The notes under the pieces were generated by a model, which had not been told where the DNA came from, searched no databases, and was given only the letters and a program-made list of their open reading frames with translations. This document shows, piece after piece, positions 1 through 9,805 of a DNA stretch of 64,000 nucleotides. The number at the start of each line of letters is the position of its first letter. Positions within the stretch are counted from its first letter, which is position 1. The translations under genes were made by a program, and so were the position numbers. Source of the stretch: Candidatus Poribacteria bacterium (GTDB lineage Bacteria > Poribacteria > WGA-4E > PCPOR2b); assembly GCA_965218095.1 (NCBI GenBank), contig OZ244587.1, forward strand, positions 4,384,001-4,448,000, written 5' to 3'.

Positions 1-1367
1 GTGTCAATGACCCCAATTTCCTCCAGCATCTTCAGACCCAGGGACCGATCCTCCTTCAATTCGTACTCCGCCACAATCTCTGGAAACTGCTCCTTCAGGA
101 CGTCCGGCAGCGGAGACCTATCAGCGACCATCACCGGAGACGTCCGCTCTGCCATCTGGTCTCGGTCCATAATCAGGCTGAGTGCCTTCTGGAATTTGGG
201 ATGGGTGAACAGCCACCGCAGGCTTTCGTCCGGATGATCGAAATTCAGCCACAGGGCATAGAACCGACTGACCTCGGGAAACAGGAGTAACCGGATATTG
301 GCTCGTGCCTCATTTTGCTTAATCAGCCCCGCCTCCATCATACTAGATGGAAAGCCCCCCAGATCAATAGCTATCTCCCCGGAAATAAGCCCCAGCGCGA
401 CCTCGCTCCCACTGGTACTCTGCTTAAATAAAAAACGGTCAAAATAGGGCAACTGCTGTCCTTTGCGGTCCACTTTCCAGTAATAAGGGTTGCGTTCACA
501 GACCAACTTGTCGCCGAGAACCCCAACTGTGACCCACGGCGCTAGAACCGCCGGTCTCTGCTTGGGCTTGGGCATCCGCGCCCCCTGCCAGTCAGCGAGG
601 GTCGCTTCCGGGTTGTACGTGGGGTGGACCTTTACCATTTCATGTTTCGGCAGAATGTAGAACACCGGCCCCTCTCCGGGGACAAACATGTCTGCAATCA
701 GCGTGGGATGCGGTTGGGGCATCACAATCTTGAAGGTGTAATCGTCAATCTTCCCCATCTCGGTGGCACCACCTATGGGAAGCATGCGTCGGATTAAGAT
801 ACTATGAGGATTGACCAAATCGTCGTTGAGGATAACATCATAGTAGGTGAACAAGATGTCGTCAACGGTGAAAGGAACACCGTCAGACCACTTGACCCCC
901 TGGCGCAGATAAACGGTAATCACTCTGCCGTCCTCGGAGAACTCCCAACTCTCGGCCAGGTCCGGCTCCAGTACAGGCTCTTCATCAAGGCTCCAGATTG
1001 CCAGGCTCTGAAAGAATGCGCCTTGCGTTCTGTTTCCCTGTCCCACAATATATACATTCATTGGATAATCAATCCCCACGAAGATGTTGTGAGCCAGAAT
1101 GTCGCTGTAAGCGCCAATCTCGGGGGCTTTTGAAACCAGGGGGTTTGTGGGGAGGCGCTCCTCGACTGGGGGGAGCTTGCCAGCCCGGACTCGTTCAGCC
1201 AACATCGGTGCTTCGCTAAACTGCGTGATTACCTCGACTGTAGGCGGCTCCGCTGGTGGAGGGGGCTCCGTCGCCGGTTGGTCGCAGCCCGACAGCACTA
1301 ACAACATGATCATGATAGTGCTGACCAACAGCATCAGCCAAAGGTAGTGAGCGAGAATGGTTTTCAT
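1..1367 (-). CDS. ABC transporter family-5 substrate-binding lipoprotein, 3' end outside the window
   Basis: Read manually: ATG at 1367 (MKTILAHYLWLMLLVS...LSGCDQP lipobox). Colinear paralog of 1518-3530 (EPDLAESWEFSEDG, KWSDGVPFTVDD, ERNPYYWKVD). Confidence 0.85.
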   Translation of the reverse strand, partial: MKTILAHYLWLMLLVSTIMIMLLVLSGCDQPATEPPPPAEPPTVEVITQFSEAPMLAERVRAGKLPPVEERLPTNPLVSKAPEIGAYSDILAHNIFVGIDYPMNVYIVGQGNRTQGAFFQSLAIWSLDEEPVLEPDLAESWEFSEDGRVITVYLRQGVKWSDGVPFTVDDILFTYYDVILNDDLVNPHSILIRRMLPIGGATEMGKIDDYTFKIVMPQPHPTLIADMFVPGEGPVFYILPKHEMVKVHPTYNPEATLADWQGARMPKPKQRPAVLAPWVTVGVLGDKLVCERNPYYWKVDRKGQQLPYFDRFLFKQSTSGSEVALGLISGEIAIDLGGFPSSMMEAGLIKQNEARANIRLLLFPEVSRFYALWLNFDHPDESLRWLFTHPKFQKALSLIMDRDQMAERTSPVMVADRSPLPDVLKEQFPEIVAEYELKEDRSLGLKMLEEIGVID

Positions 1368-1517
1368 ATAATTCTTCGCTGTGGGAAGGAAACCACGACT
1401 CCTATCGATTAACTATCAGTGCATCACAAACCACATCTCTCCAAAATTGCAGAGCTAGACGGAAGTATAATCAAAAAAGTTGAGTGGAAAGGAAGGACAT
1501 TAAATTCCTTCCATAAG

Positions 1518-3530
1518 TCACTTCATCTTATACCATTCCCAGATGCGGCCATGCACAAAACCGTTCCAACTATAGAAAATATGCGGACCCTTGTGCTGGC
1601 TGAGGTGCGGGTGATACACCCGCGGGTTGTTGCCGATGTCCTTTCGGAAGACCGTAAACGCTCGGACACCTCCCATCGGGATTGTCCCCCGCCACCCGTC
1701 CCGGCCAATAAGGTGGGCAATCTGCCGGAGCGCGGTTTCCTCCTCAATCACCCCCGCCTCGTATTCGTCCACAAGACGGAGCCATTCTACCTGCCAAGGC
1801 AGGGGATGTGTCGCGCCGGTTTTTCGCTGGAACGAAGGCAGGTCATGCAGCATTACGGGCAGCACGCTGACGGGCAGTCGGTCCCGGTCCAAACAATACA
1901 TTATTCCGTGCCCGAAGCCGGGGGATTTAATGTACATATCGAAATTCCCGGGGCCGGTGATGGTGTCGTTCATGAGTTGCTCGTTCAGCGCGTCGAGTCT
2001 CGCGTCGAAACCCATATCTCTCAATTGTTCGACGAGGTCTTCCCCGCTCCGGACACGGCTAATATCGTGAACCGCGACCACAATCGTGAAACCCACCGGT
2101 TTGCCCGATTCGGGGACGCTAGGTGGAAATTCTCTCCAGCCATCGCTGTCCGTGTCAACGACCCCAATCTCCTCCAGCAGCGTGAGACCCAGGGGTCGAT
2201 CGTCCTTCAATTCATATTTCGCAGCGAGCTCTGGGAACCGCTCTTTCAAGGTATCCGGCAGCAGGGACCTATCGGCGACCATCATCGCCCCCGTTCGCTC
2301 CGCCATCTGGTCTCGGTCCATAATCAAGCTGAGTGCTTCTTGGAACTTCGGATTTGTGAACAGCCACCGCAGATTTTCGTCGGGATGATCGAAATTCAGC
2401 CACAGGGCATGGATGCGATTGACTTCGGGAAAGATGAGCAGCTTGAGATTGGCTCGTTTCTCATTTTGCTTAACGAGCCCCGCCTCCATCATACACGCGC
2501 CGCCTATATCGGCAGTGATCTCTCCTGAGATGAGCCCCAGCGCTACCTCGCTTCCACTGGCACTCAGCTTAAATAAGAATCGGTCAAAATAAGGCAACTG
2601 CTGTCCCCGACGGTCCACTTTCCAGTAGTAAGGGTTGCGTTCGCACACCAGCTTGTCGCCAAGGATCCCAACCGTAATCCATGGGGCAAGCACCGCCCAT
2701 GGGGCAAGCACCGCCGGTCTCTGCTCAGGCTTGGGCATCCGAGCCCCTTGCCAGTCGGCGAGGGTCGCTTCGGGATTGTATTTGGGATGGACCTTTATCA
2801 TTTCATGTTTCGGAAGAATGTGGAACCCTGTCGTCGCCCCGGGTACAAACAGGTCTTCAATCAGGATGGGATGCGGTTGGGTCATGACGATCTTGAAAGT
2901 ATAGTCGTTGATTTTCACCATCTCGGTGTCGCCGCCGATGGCAAGAAGGCGTCGGATTCCGGTACTTTGCGGGTTGACCAAATCGTTATTGTGGATGACA
3001 TCGTAGTACATGAACAGAATGTCGTTGACGGTGAACGGCACGCCGTCAGACCACTTGCCCCCCGGACGGAGATGAACTGTAATCACTTTCCCGTCGTCGG
3101 AGAACTCCCAACTCTCCGCCAGGTCTGGCTCCAGGACGGACTCTTCATTGAGGCTCCAAATCGCTAGGCTTTGAAAGAATGTGTGTTGCGTTCTGTTTGC
3201 CTGTCCCACAAGATACAAATTCATCGGATAATCAATTCCCTCGAAGATGTTGTGAGCCAGGACGTCGCTGTAAGACCCAATCTCGGGGGCTTTTGAGACG
3301 ACGGGGTTGGCGGGGAGACGCTCCTCAACGGGCGGGAGCTTGCCGGCCTGAACCCGTTCGGCGAGCATGGGGGCTTCGCTAAACTGCGTGGTCGCCTCAA
3401 TTGTAGCCGGTTCCACTGGTGGAGGGCCTTCTGTCGTCGGTTGGTCACAGCCTGACAGCCCGAACAACAGCATCACAATGCTGCTGCACAGCAACATTGG
3501 CCAACGGGAGTGAGTGAGATTGGATTTCAA
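1518..3530 (-). CDS. ABC transporter family-5 substrate-binding lipoprotein
   Basis: LSGC lipobox and the motifs GKLPPVEERLP, PDLAESWEFS, KWSDGVPFT, RNPYYWKVD. The TTG start at 3530 is chosen by alignment to the neighbouring paralog (the track starts at 3635). Confidence 0.88.
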   Translation of the reverse strand: MKSNLTHSRWPMLLCSSIVMLLFGLSGCDQPTTEGPPPVEPATIEATTQFSEAPMLAERVQAGKLPPVEERLPANPVVSKAPEIGSYSDVLAHNIFEGIDYPMNLYLVGQANRTQHTFFQSLAIWSLNEESVLEPDLAESWEFSDDGKVITVHLRPGGKWSDGVPFTVNDILFMYYDVIHNNDLVNPQSTGIRRLLAIGGDTEMVKINDYTFKIVMTQPHPILIEDLFVPGATTGFHILPKHEMIKVHPKYNPEATLADWQGARMPKPEQRPAVLAPWAVLAPWITVGILGDKLVCERNPYYWKVDRRGQQLPYFDRFLFKLSASGSEVALGLISGEITADIGGACMMEAGLVKQNEKRANLKLLIFPEVNRIHALWLNFDHPDENLRWLFTNPKFQEALSLIMDRDQMAERTGAMMVADRSLLPDTLKERFPELAAKYELKDDRPLGLTLLEEIGVVDTDSDGWREFPPSVPESGKPVGFTIVVAVHDISRVRSGEDLVEQLRDMGFDARLDALNEQLMNDTITGPGNFDMYIKSPGFGHGIMYCLDRDRLPVSVLPVMLHDLPSFQRKTGATHPLPWQVEWLRLVDEYEAGVIEEETALRQIAHLIGRDGWRGTIPMGGVRAFTVFRKDIGNNPRVYHPHLSQHKGPHIFYSWNGFVHGRIWEWYKMK

Positions 3531-3648
3531 TCTGTTTTTCCTTTGCTTGCTTGCGCGTTTAACAATTTGGTGAGATCCAGAGCGTTTCTGCCAGGATAGG
3601 TAAATTGTATCACACTTCTCACAAACTGTAAACATTGAATGTCTGGTG

Positions 3649-3773
3649 TAGGGGCATTTAATTATCGAGATTCTTCACTTCGTTCAGAATGACAGATTCA
3701 GTCATCCTGAGGCTTTGCGAAGGATCTCAATCATGATTCTCTGTAGGCTGATTGGAGAATTAAATAGCCCCAC
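3649..3773. repeat. MITE-like element with internal REP-like inverted pair
   Basis: Ends GGGGCATTTAATT and AATTAAATAGCCCC. TCTGGTG direct repeat at 3642-3648 and 3774-3780. Internal GAGATTCTTC...GAATGAC and GTCATCCTGA...GAAGGATCTC. Confidence 0.6.
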
Positions 3774-3859
3774 TCTGGTGATAGGGTCATTCAGTTTTCG
3801 GTTTTTGACCTGTCCCCTGGACTGACCTCTCTGTGGCATACTTTGCGTCCTTACCTGCT

Positions 3860-4810
3860 TTACCTCCTTTCACGTTTCATACGCCTCCGCCTGATTTGGC
3901 GTGTCATTTTCATTTGCCATTTCGGATCCGGTTGCGTTTTCCACCGATTGTGCACCCAGAGCCACTGACCAGGATAGTGTCGAATATACTTTTCAAGGAT
4001 TTTCAGGATGCGCGCGGCATTGGTCTGTATATCCTGTTCGAGCTCGCCCGATATTTCCAGGTCAATCGCTGGGGTGATTAGCACGCGATGGCGGTCATCT
4101 GGCTGACGAACATCCATCGACAGAAGGATTGATGCGCCCGTTTTGAGGGCAAGCATCGCAGGCCCACGGACAGCGGAAGCTGGCTTCCCAAAAAAATTGA
4201 CGAAAACGCCTTCCCGCCCTGCATTCTGGTCTGCGAAAAATCCGACAGCAAAATTCTCCTTGAGGGCGCGCAGAGTGCTTCTGACTGCTTGCTTCCGGGT
4301 AATCAACTCTAAACTCAGGCGCTCTCGATATTTGGAGGCAAGCGTATTGAGGTATCTGTTTCTCAAAGGGAAAGCGATTGCCTTTGCGCGATTCGGGATG
4401 AGTACCCCATAGACGAGGGCGAGGAGTTCCCAATTCCCGAAATGGGGAAGAAACACGATGACACCTTTGCCCCGATCCAACGCCTGTATCAGGTTCTCTT
4501 TTCCCTCGACGGTCACTTCTTCCCAGATATTGTCAAAGTTCAATTTAGGAAAACGGAGAAATTCGATTGCCGTTTTTCCCAGATTTCGGAAACTCTCCCG
4601 ACAGATTCGCCCTCGCTCCTCCGCTGACTTCTCATCACCAAACACAATTTGCAGGTTTTCTAAGGCAATTCGACGGCGTTTCTTGAGGGCAAGATAGAGG
4701 AGGTATCCCAGACCGCCCCCTAGCATCAAGGCAAGTTGTTTGGGAAGCCAGCAGACGAATACGCCAAATATACGGACGATAACAGCAAGTAGCCAATCAA
4801 TAATTAACAT
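3860..4810 (-). CDS. lpxL: Lipid A lauroyl/myristoyl acyltransferase (LpxL/HtrB family)
   Basis: N-terminal TM segment, HFGNWE, DQNAG, VNFFG, PGQWLWVHNRWK. Confidence 0.88.
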   Translation of the reverse strand: MLIIDWLLAVIVRIFGVFVCWLPKQLALMLGGGLGYLLYLALKKRRRIALENLQIVFGDEKSAEERGRICRESFRNLGKTAIEFLRFPKLNFDNIWEEVTVEGKENLIQALDRGKGVIVFLPHFGNWELLALVYGVLIPNRAKAIAFPLRNRYLNTLASKYRERLSLELITRKQAVRSTLRALKENFAVGFFADQNAGREGVFVNFFGKPASAVRGPAMLALKTGASILLSMDVRQPDDRHRVLITPAIDLEISGELEQDIQTNAARILKILEKYIRHYPGQWLWVHNRWKTQPDPKWQMKMTRQIRRRRMKRERR

Positions 4811-4834
4811 TTTCGATGAACCACTTTTTCTCTC

Positions 4835-5122
4835 TTATCCCGCAAGCGCATCGGCTTTCTTCGCCAACTCAAAATCGGACGTGCTAATTCCATCGGCGTC
4901 GTGCGTCATGAGATCAATTGTCACGCGGTTATAAACGTTAAACCACTCCGGATGATGGTTCATCGATTCCGCAACCAGGGCAACGCGCGTCATAAAACCG
5001 AAGGCTTCTATAAACGAGTCGAACTGAAATTGCTTGTGCAGTTTGCCGTTTTCGACTGTCCAGCCCGACAGCTCTGCAAGTTGGGCGCTAATTTCTGCAT
5101 CGGTCAGTTTTTTGACTGCCAT
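4835..5122 (-). CDS. phhB: Pterin-4-alpha-carbinolamine dehydratase
   Basis: AESMNHHPEWFNVYNRV...THDADG signature, 95 aa. Confidence 0.93.
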   Translation of the reverse strand: MAVKKLTDAEISAQLAELSGWTVENGKLHKQFQFDSFIEAFGFMTRVALVAESMNHHPEWFNVYNRVTIDLMTHDADGISTSDFELAKKADALAG

Positions 5123-5148
5123 TTCATTTTCTCCTTAAAAATTGGGTC

Positions 5149-5434
5149 ATTTTAACTTGACTTTGTTTGAGATTAAAAGAGATAATCGGCAGATCCACTG
5201 GTGGCTTGCCCCCCGGCCCCTCTCAATCCCCCCAACTTTGGGGGGAAGGGAGGATCGCAAAAACTCCTGAAGTTCCGGTGCTTCGCACCGAGAATCCACG
5301 ATGTGAAGCATCCCGATCTAAAGATCGGGATGCTTTGGGGAATTGTTGGGGGCCGGGGGGCAATGTAACAAAGTCATTTTAACTTTCTTGATTTTGCATT
5401 GTATTGGGATCTCTGGATAAAGTCAAGTTAAAAT
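5149..5434. repeat. MITE-like element
   Basis: Perfect 16-bp inverted ends ATTTTAACTTGACTTT (5149-5164) and AAAGTCAAGTTAAAAT (5419-5434). Nested palindromes CCCCCGGCCCC/GGGGCCGGGGG and GCATCCCGATC/GATCGGGATGC. Confidence 0.65.
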
Positions 5435-5513
5435 TTTAACGGAATAGAAATTTACAAAGCAACGAGAGAATTGATGGATTTGGCAATCTATCGGGAGTAG
5501 TAAAATGTGTAAA

Positions 5514-7036
5514 GTGCGTTCCTGTGCAGCATGATGTAATAGGGGTTAAAATCCCCTGACGATAACTTGCAATCGTAAGCCTAACCTTAACTGCGTTGCC
5601 TGAAAAGGCAAGGCGGAAAGCAAAGGGAAACGGCAAATGCCTGCAAGGGAATGTAGACCCTCAGAAGGCATGTCAGGCTAAGAACGTCATGGCTAAAACG
5701 AAAGTTGAACTAGTGTAAGCTTCGTCATTTTAGATCAGGTGAATCTACGAGGGGAAGACTGAAGAACTCCCCAACTACAGCCTGTAGACAAAAGTCAATG
5801 TGGCAAGGATAACGTTTTTCACATACGTTATCAAGGAAGGTGTTTTGTGTTTATGCCTTCTAGGTTCTGTTGACATTTCAACGGAGCCATATAAGAGTGG
5901 AGACAAAGCTGAGAAATCCAAAATAACGGACAGCTAGCTTCTCAAACCGAGAGAAGATACGACGATACCATTTTATCTTGTTGATGAAACATTCAACCCG
6001 ATGTCTCTCTTTGTATAAGTGTTTGCCATACGTTCTTTGGTCAACACGATGACTTTTGGGCGGTATCACCGCAATCGCTCCATTCGCCTCAATAACGGCG
6101 ATAAAAGCGTCCGAATCGTACCCCTTGTCTCCAATCACATATTCACTGTTATATCCGATTATCAACCCTTCCGCCTCAGTTATGTCATGTCTCTGACCGG
6201 GGGTCAGATGTATTCTTAGGGGATTGCCTAGTCCGTCAACTGTGATGTGATTTTTTGTACTGAAACCGCCCCGAGACCGACCTAATGCTTGGTTTTCAGT
6301 GCCACTGTTTTTTTAAGGCGCCAGCTTTTTAAGGCACCCGCCGCAGACGGGTGAGCAGATGGTACTGTCCACAATAAGCGACTCCATATCGGGGTCAGAG
6401 GCGAAGTGGGGGTGCATCTGTGTGAAGATACCTTTGTCGCACCATCGAGCAAACCGCTTGTAGCGGGTGTTCCATTTGCCATAGGTGTCTGGTAGAATCC
6501 GCCATTGAGCCCCGCTACGAGTCACCCACAGGACGGCTTCGACGAAGCGGCGTGTAGCAGCTTCGTCGCCAACATAGATGGTGGGACAGCTTAGAAGAAA
6601 CCGGTATATCTTATTCCATTGTTCATCAGGTAAGGTTATTGGCGTCATTCTTCTATTATGCCACAACCTTATACTCAAATGTCAACAGAACCTAGCAAGT
6701 CGAATGCCATCGGGGTATAGTCAGAGCCTAAAACGTTCACGACGTACACCTTGTGAGAACAGGAAAGTCCCTAAGTTCCTGTCTCAGGAATAAGGGAAAG
6801 GAGATTCGATAGGCTTATTATTAAGCCAAGCCGAATCAGAGTCATGGTTTTGAAAGGATTCTGAAATAGGTTTACCGCTACGGAGATAATCAGGCGTAAA
6901 AACCTGTCCACCGAGCAGATTAGATATTTATCTAAAGTTTAATCACCGTTTATGACTAGGCAAGCCGTGCGCGGTGAAAGTCGCACGCACGGTTTAGAAG
7001 CAGGGAAAATTCCGCAAGGAATCTACCTATGCTTAC
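5514..7036 (+). ncRNA. ORF-less group II intron (IIB-like), copy 1, about 691 nt after removing the inserted IS5
   Basis: 5' GTGCG. Domain V AAGCCGTGCGCGGTGAAAGTCGCACGCACGGTTT (6962-6995) with AGC triad and GAAA loop. Domain VI ends CCTATGCTTAC. Domain I closing stem TTCCTGT/ACAGGAA (6759-6765). Colinear with 42125-42839. Confidence 0.93.
5863..6692 (-). mobile_element. IS5-family insertion sequence (IS427-like, two-frame transposase), copy 1, degenerate
   Basis: TIRs GGTTCTGTTGACATTT/AAATGTCAACAGAACC in a C-TA-G target. orfA 6313-6678 (WVTRSGAQWRILP...GKWNTRYKRFARW) and orfB 5878-6165 (GDKGYDSD, YKERHRVECFINKIK). Small indels relative to copy 2. Confidence 0.93.
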
Positions 7037-7143
7037 CCATCCCGTTGACCAATACAAACCTTTGTAAATTCCTAAGAGGGGTAGGAGTATAGATGAAACC
7101 CTATCATGAAAAGGACGTTCCCAAAGTGTAGGAGGAATCGATA

Positions 7144-7281
7144 ATGAAACCGAAACGCAGACCCAAAACATTCGCGGGAAATGTGACCCAAAACCTGAAT
7201 CGACGAAAGCAAGTCGAGGCGATGAAGAAGCAGTTCTTACAAGGTGCTCGAAAACATCAAAGTCAAAACTCCAAACCTTAG
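7144..7281 (+). CDS. Small basic protein (45 aa), not in the ORF track
   Basis: GGAGG RBS upstream of ATG. MKPKRRPKTFAGNVTQNLNRRKQVEAMKKQFLQGARKHQSQNSKP. Stops just before the RBS of the next gene. Confidence 0.5.
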   Translation: MKPKRRPKTFAGNVTQNLNRRKQVEAMKKQFLQGARKHQSQNSKP

Positions 7282-7303
7282 TCTGTCAAGAAAGGAGATT
7301 GGG

Positions 7304-8098
7304 GTGAAGGAAGAACTCGACATTGCCATACAAGCTGCTAAGGAAGCGGGCAAAATCGTAATGGCATATTATCGGAGCAACTATGATGTTCGCGATAAAA
7401 GCCCGAACAACCCCGTCACAACTGCGGATTTGGCAGCCAATCGTCAGATTAGAGAGATAATCCGTCATGCTTTCCCTGACGACGGTTGGCTCTCTGAGGA
7501 GACGAAAGATTCTCCGGATCGATTGGCAAAATCCCGCGTATGGGTCATCGATCCAATTGACGGTACGGAGGAATTCATCGAAGGCTTACCCGAATTTGCC
7601 GTTTCGATCGCCTTCGTAATTGATGGGGCGCCAATCGTTGGCGTGCTGCACAATCCGGCAACAGCGGAGTTCTTTTATGCAAAGGCTGGCACCGGCGCAT
7701 TCTGCAACGGCAAACCGATTCACTGCTCATCATGCGAAACGCTCGAAAAGGCATCCATGCTGGTTAGCCAAACAGAACACCGAAAAGGGTTGTTAGCAGG
7801 ACTTATTTCGCTTGTTTCGGAGATCCGATACATCGGCAGCGTTGCCTACAAATTAGGGCGACTTGCGGCAGGCACGAGCGACCTCTATATCACCGTCCGT
7901 CCGAAAAATGAGTGGGATTTCTGCGCCGGTGATCTTATCCTGCGTGAAGCCGGCGGGGTCCTGTGGGATAAAGCAGGCCAGTCCATGCGGTATAACAAAG
8001 AGATCGTTAAGCAACCGACAGGGCTGTTTGCTGGCAACGCAACCATCGTAAAAAAGATAATCGATGCCTACAGGGAACTTATACCCGTTCAGGTTTAA
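7304..8098 (+). CDS. cysQ: Inositol monophosphatase / 3'(2'),5'-bisphosphate nucleotidase (CysQ-like)
   Basis: PVTTADL, LSEE, WVIDPIDGT, EWDFCAG. GTG at 7304 follows AAGGAG. Confidence 0.8.
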   Translation: MKEELDIAIQAAKEAGKIVMAYYRSNYDVRDKSPNNPVTTADLAANRQIREIIRHAFPDDGWLSEETKDSPDRLAKSRVWVIDPIDGTEEFIEGLPEFAVSIAFVIDGAPIVGVLHNPATAEFFYAKAGTGAFCNGKPIHCSSCETLEKASMLVSQTEHRKGLLAGLISLVSEIRYIGSVAYKLGRLAAGTSDLYITVRPKNEWDFCAGDLILREAGGVLWDKAGQSMRYNKEIVKQPTGLFAGNATIVKKIIDAYRELIPVQV

Positions 8099-8217
8099 AA
8101 TTGCCGATTAAAAGGAAGAGAAGGAGGGAATGGAAGGAAAAGGACAAAGGGAATCCTTTCTTTTCAGGCGTGCGAAAACTGTACTAAAGAGAACCTTCCG
8201 AAGGTTTATGTTCGCGT

Positions 8218-9522
8218 TTAGAGTAACTCCTGAAGGTATTGCACACGCGTATGGTGGCGCAACTTGCGAAGGGCTTCGTCCTCAATCTGACGTACCCTTT
8301 CCCGGCTAATGCCGAGTTGCCGTCCAATCTCAGCGAGGGTATATTCCGTGCCATCAGTTAAGCCGTACCGGAGTTTAACCACAAGGGTTTCACGGGGCGC
8401 TAATGTGTTCAGCACTTTTTCAAGCGACTCTTTTTCTGAGTTACAGAGCAATTCATCCTCAGGGGTTACCTGTGAGTCATCAGCCAGTAAGTCAGAAATT
8501 GTCGCATCGGGTGAAGATTCGCTCAATGGCGAATCCAGCGAAATCGTGCCCTTGGTGCTTTGGAGAATTTCGATAACACGGGTTTCAGACATCTCCACCG
8601 CTTCAGCAATCTCTTTGATGCCCGGTTCACGCTCAAGATCTCTGGCGAGTTTGCTCTGTGCTTGCTTGATAGATCGCCGTGTTTCTCCAACGTAACAGGG
8701 GATGCGAATCGTCTGGCTCTGCTGATCTAATGCCCGCTTAATTGCTTGCATGATCCACCATGTTGCATAAGTGCTGAAACGGTACCCTCTTTGGAGATCG
8801 AATTTTTCCACCGCCTTCATCAAACCAACACTTCCCTCTTGCATCAGATCAAGGAAAGAAAGCGATGACTTGTTGAAATTATGTTGTTTGGCGATACTTG
8901 CGACAAGCAGAAGGTTCGCCTCAACGATTTTCAACTTCGCATCTTGAATGATTTGGATAGCGTCGTGTAAATCCGCCCATAGTTTTGCAAGGCGTTCACA
9001 CTCCTCAATGCGATGGCTTAACGGCGTAGTTCCCTCCACTTCAATGCGCTTTTGGTAAGCCTTGATTGCCTTTTGAATTTGTTCCAAAAGTGTAGCGATA
9101 TACATTGGACTCCACCAAATGCTCTGGGTTTCCTTCTGTTTGGCGCCGCGTCGTCGATTGGCTTTGGGGCGCACCTCTTCTAAAATAGAGGGAGGAAGTT
9201 GATCTAATAACGCTGTAATCTTTTGCTTTCCTTCTTCAAATTGTTGAAACAGTTTAACCTCTTCCTTAGGTGTGAGCAAAGGAGTACGGGCGATTTCCTG
9301 AAGATAAGAAAATGCTTCATCTCGAGTGCCATCAGCCACATCGCCACGTCGTCGAAAGGAAGATATTAGATTACCTTCCGTTGTGTCTTCCTTGATCTCC
9401 TCTTCATCATGTTCCTCGGATTCATCAGTAGGTAATACCGACGGAAACTCACCGTCGTCGAACTCAAGCTCGCCTATCGGCTCGTCAACCCCACTATGCG
9501 TGAATTTGCGTTCTTTTCCCAT
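8218..9522 (-). CDS. RpoD/SigA-family sigma-70 factor (no clear region 1.1)
   Basis: [65 protein letters not shown]. Confidence 0.92.
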   Translation of the reverse strand: MGKERKFTHSGVDEPIGELEFDDGEFPSVLPTDESEEHDEEEIKEDTTEGNLISSFRRRGDVADGTRDEAFSYLQEIARTPLLTPKEEVKLFQQFEEGKQKITALLDQLPPSILEEVRPKANRRRGAKQKETQSIWWSPMYIATLLEQIQKAIKAYQKRIEVEGTTPLSHRIEECERLAKLWADLHDAIQIIQDAKLKIVEANLLLVASIAKQHNFNKSSLSFLDLMQEGSVGLMKAVEKFDLQRGYRFSTYATWWIMQAIKRALDQQSQTIRIPCYVGETRRSIKQAQSKLARDLEREPGIKEIAEAVEMSETRVIEILQSTKGTISLDSPLSESSPDATISDLLADDSQVTPEDELLCNSEKESLEKVLNTLAPRETLVVKLRYGLTDGTEYTLAEIGRQLGISRERVRQIEDEALRKLRHHTRVQYLQELL

Positions 9523-9645
9523 TTTTTGTTCACCTCCATTCTGCTAAATCTTGCTGAATCTTACGAAAATATCACAAAAACCCATAAGCCTCCTGCTATT
9601 TATTGGTTTAATTCAAACAATGAAACATGATATGTTATAATACAT

Positions 9646-9774
9646 TAGGAGTTACGCACTTCCGTTAAGCAAATCCTGCCATACCTGAATCTTGCATGGT
9701 GAATCCTGATCAAGGTACAAGATTCAAAATGCAGATAAATTGTCGAATGATTGAGACCAACTGCGTAACTTCTA
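9646..9774. mobile_element. MITE, TAGGASTTACGCA-end family
   Basis: TIRs TAGGAGTTACGCA (9646-9658) and TGCGTAACTTCTA (9762-9774). 6-bp direct repeat ATACAT at 9640-9645 and 9775-9780. Non-coding. Confidence 0.8.
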
Positions 9775-9805
9775 ATACATATTACTCATCAACTTGGAGG
9801 TCATT

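Noticed and set aside
1419-2528. 369-aa plus-strand ORF and many similar short track ORFs
   Set aside because: These are antisense or off-frame shadows of well-supported genes, with no motifs.
5436-5636. Similar small minus-strand ORFs here and at 42080-42325
   Set aside because: The shared peptide (PFPFA...SxNAVKVR) only reflects the antisense of conserved intron RNA.
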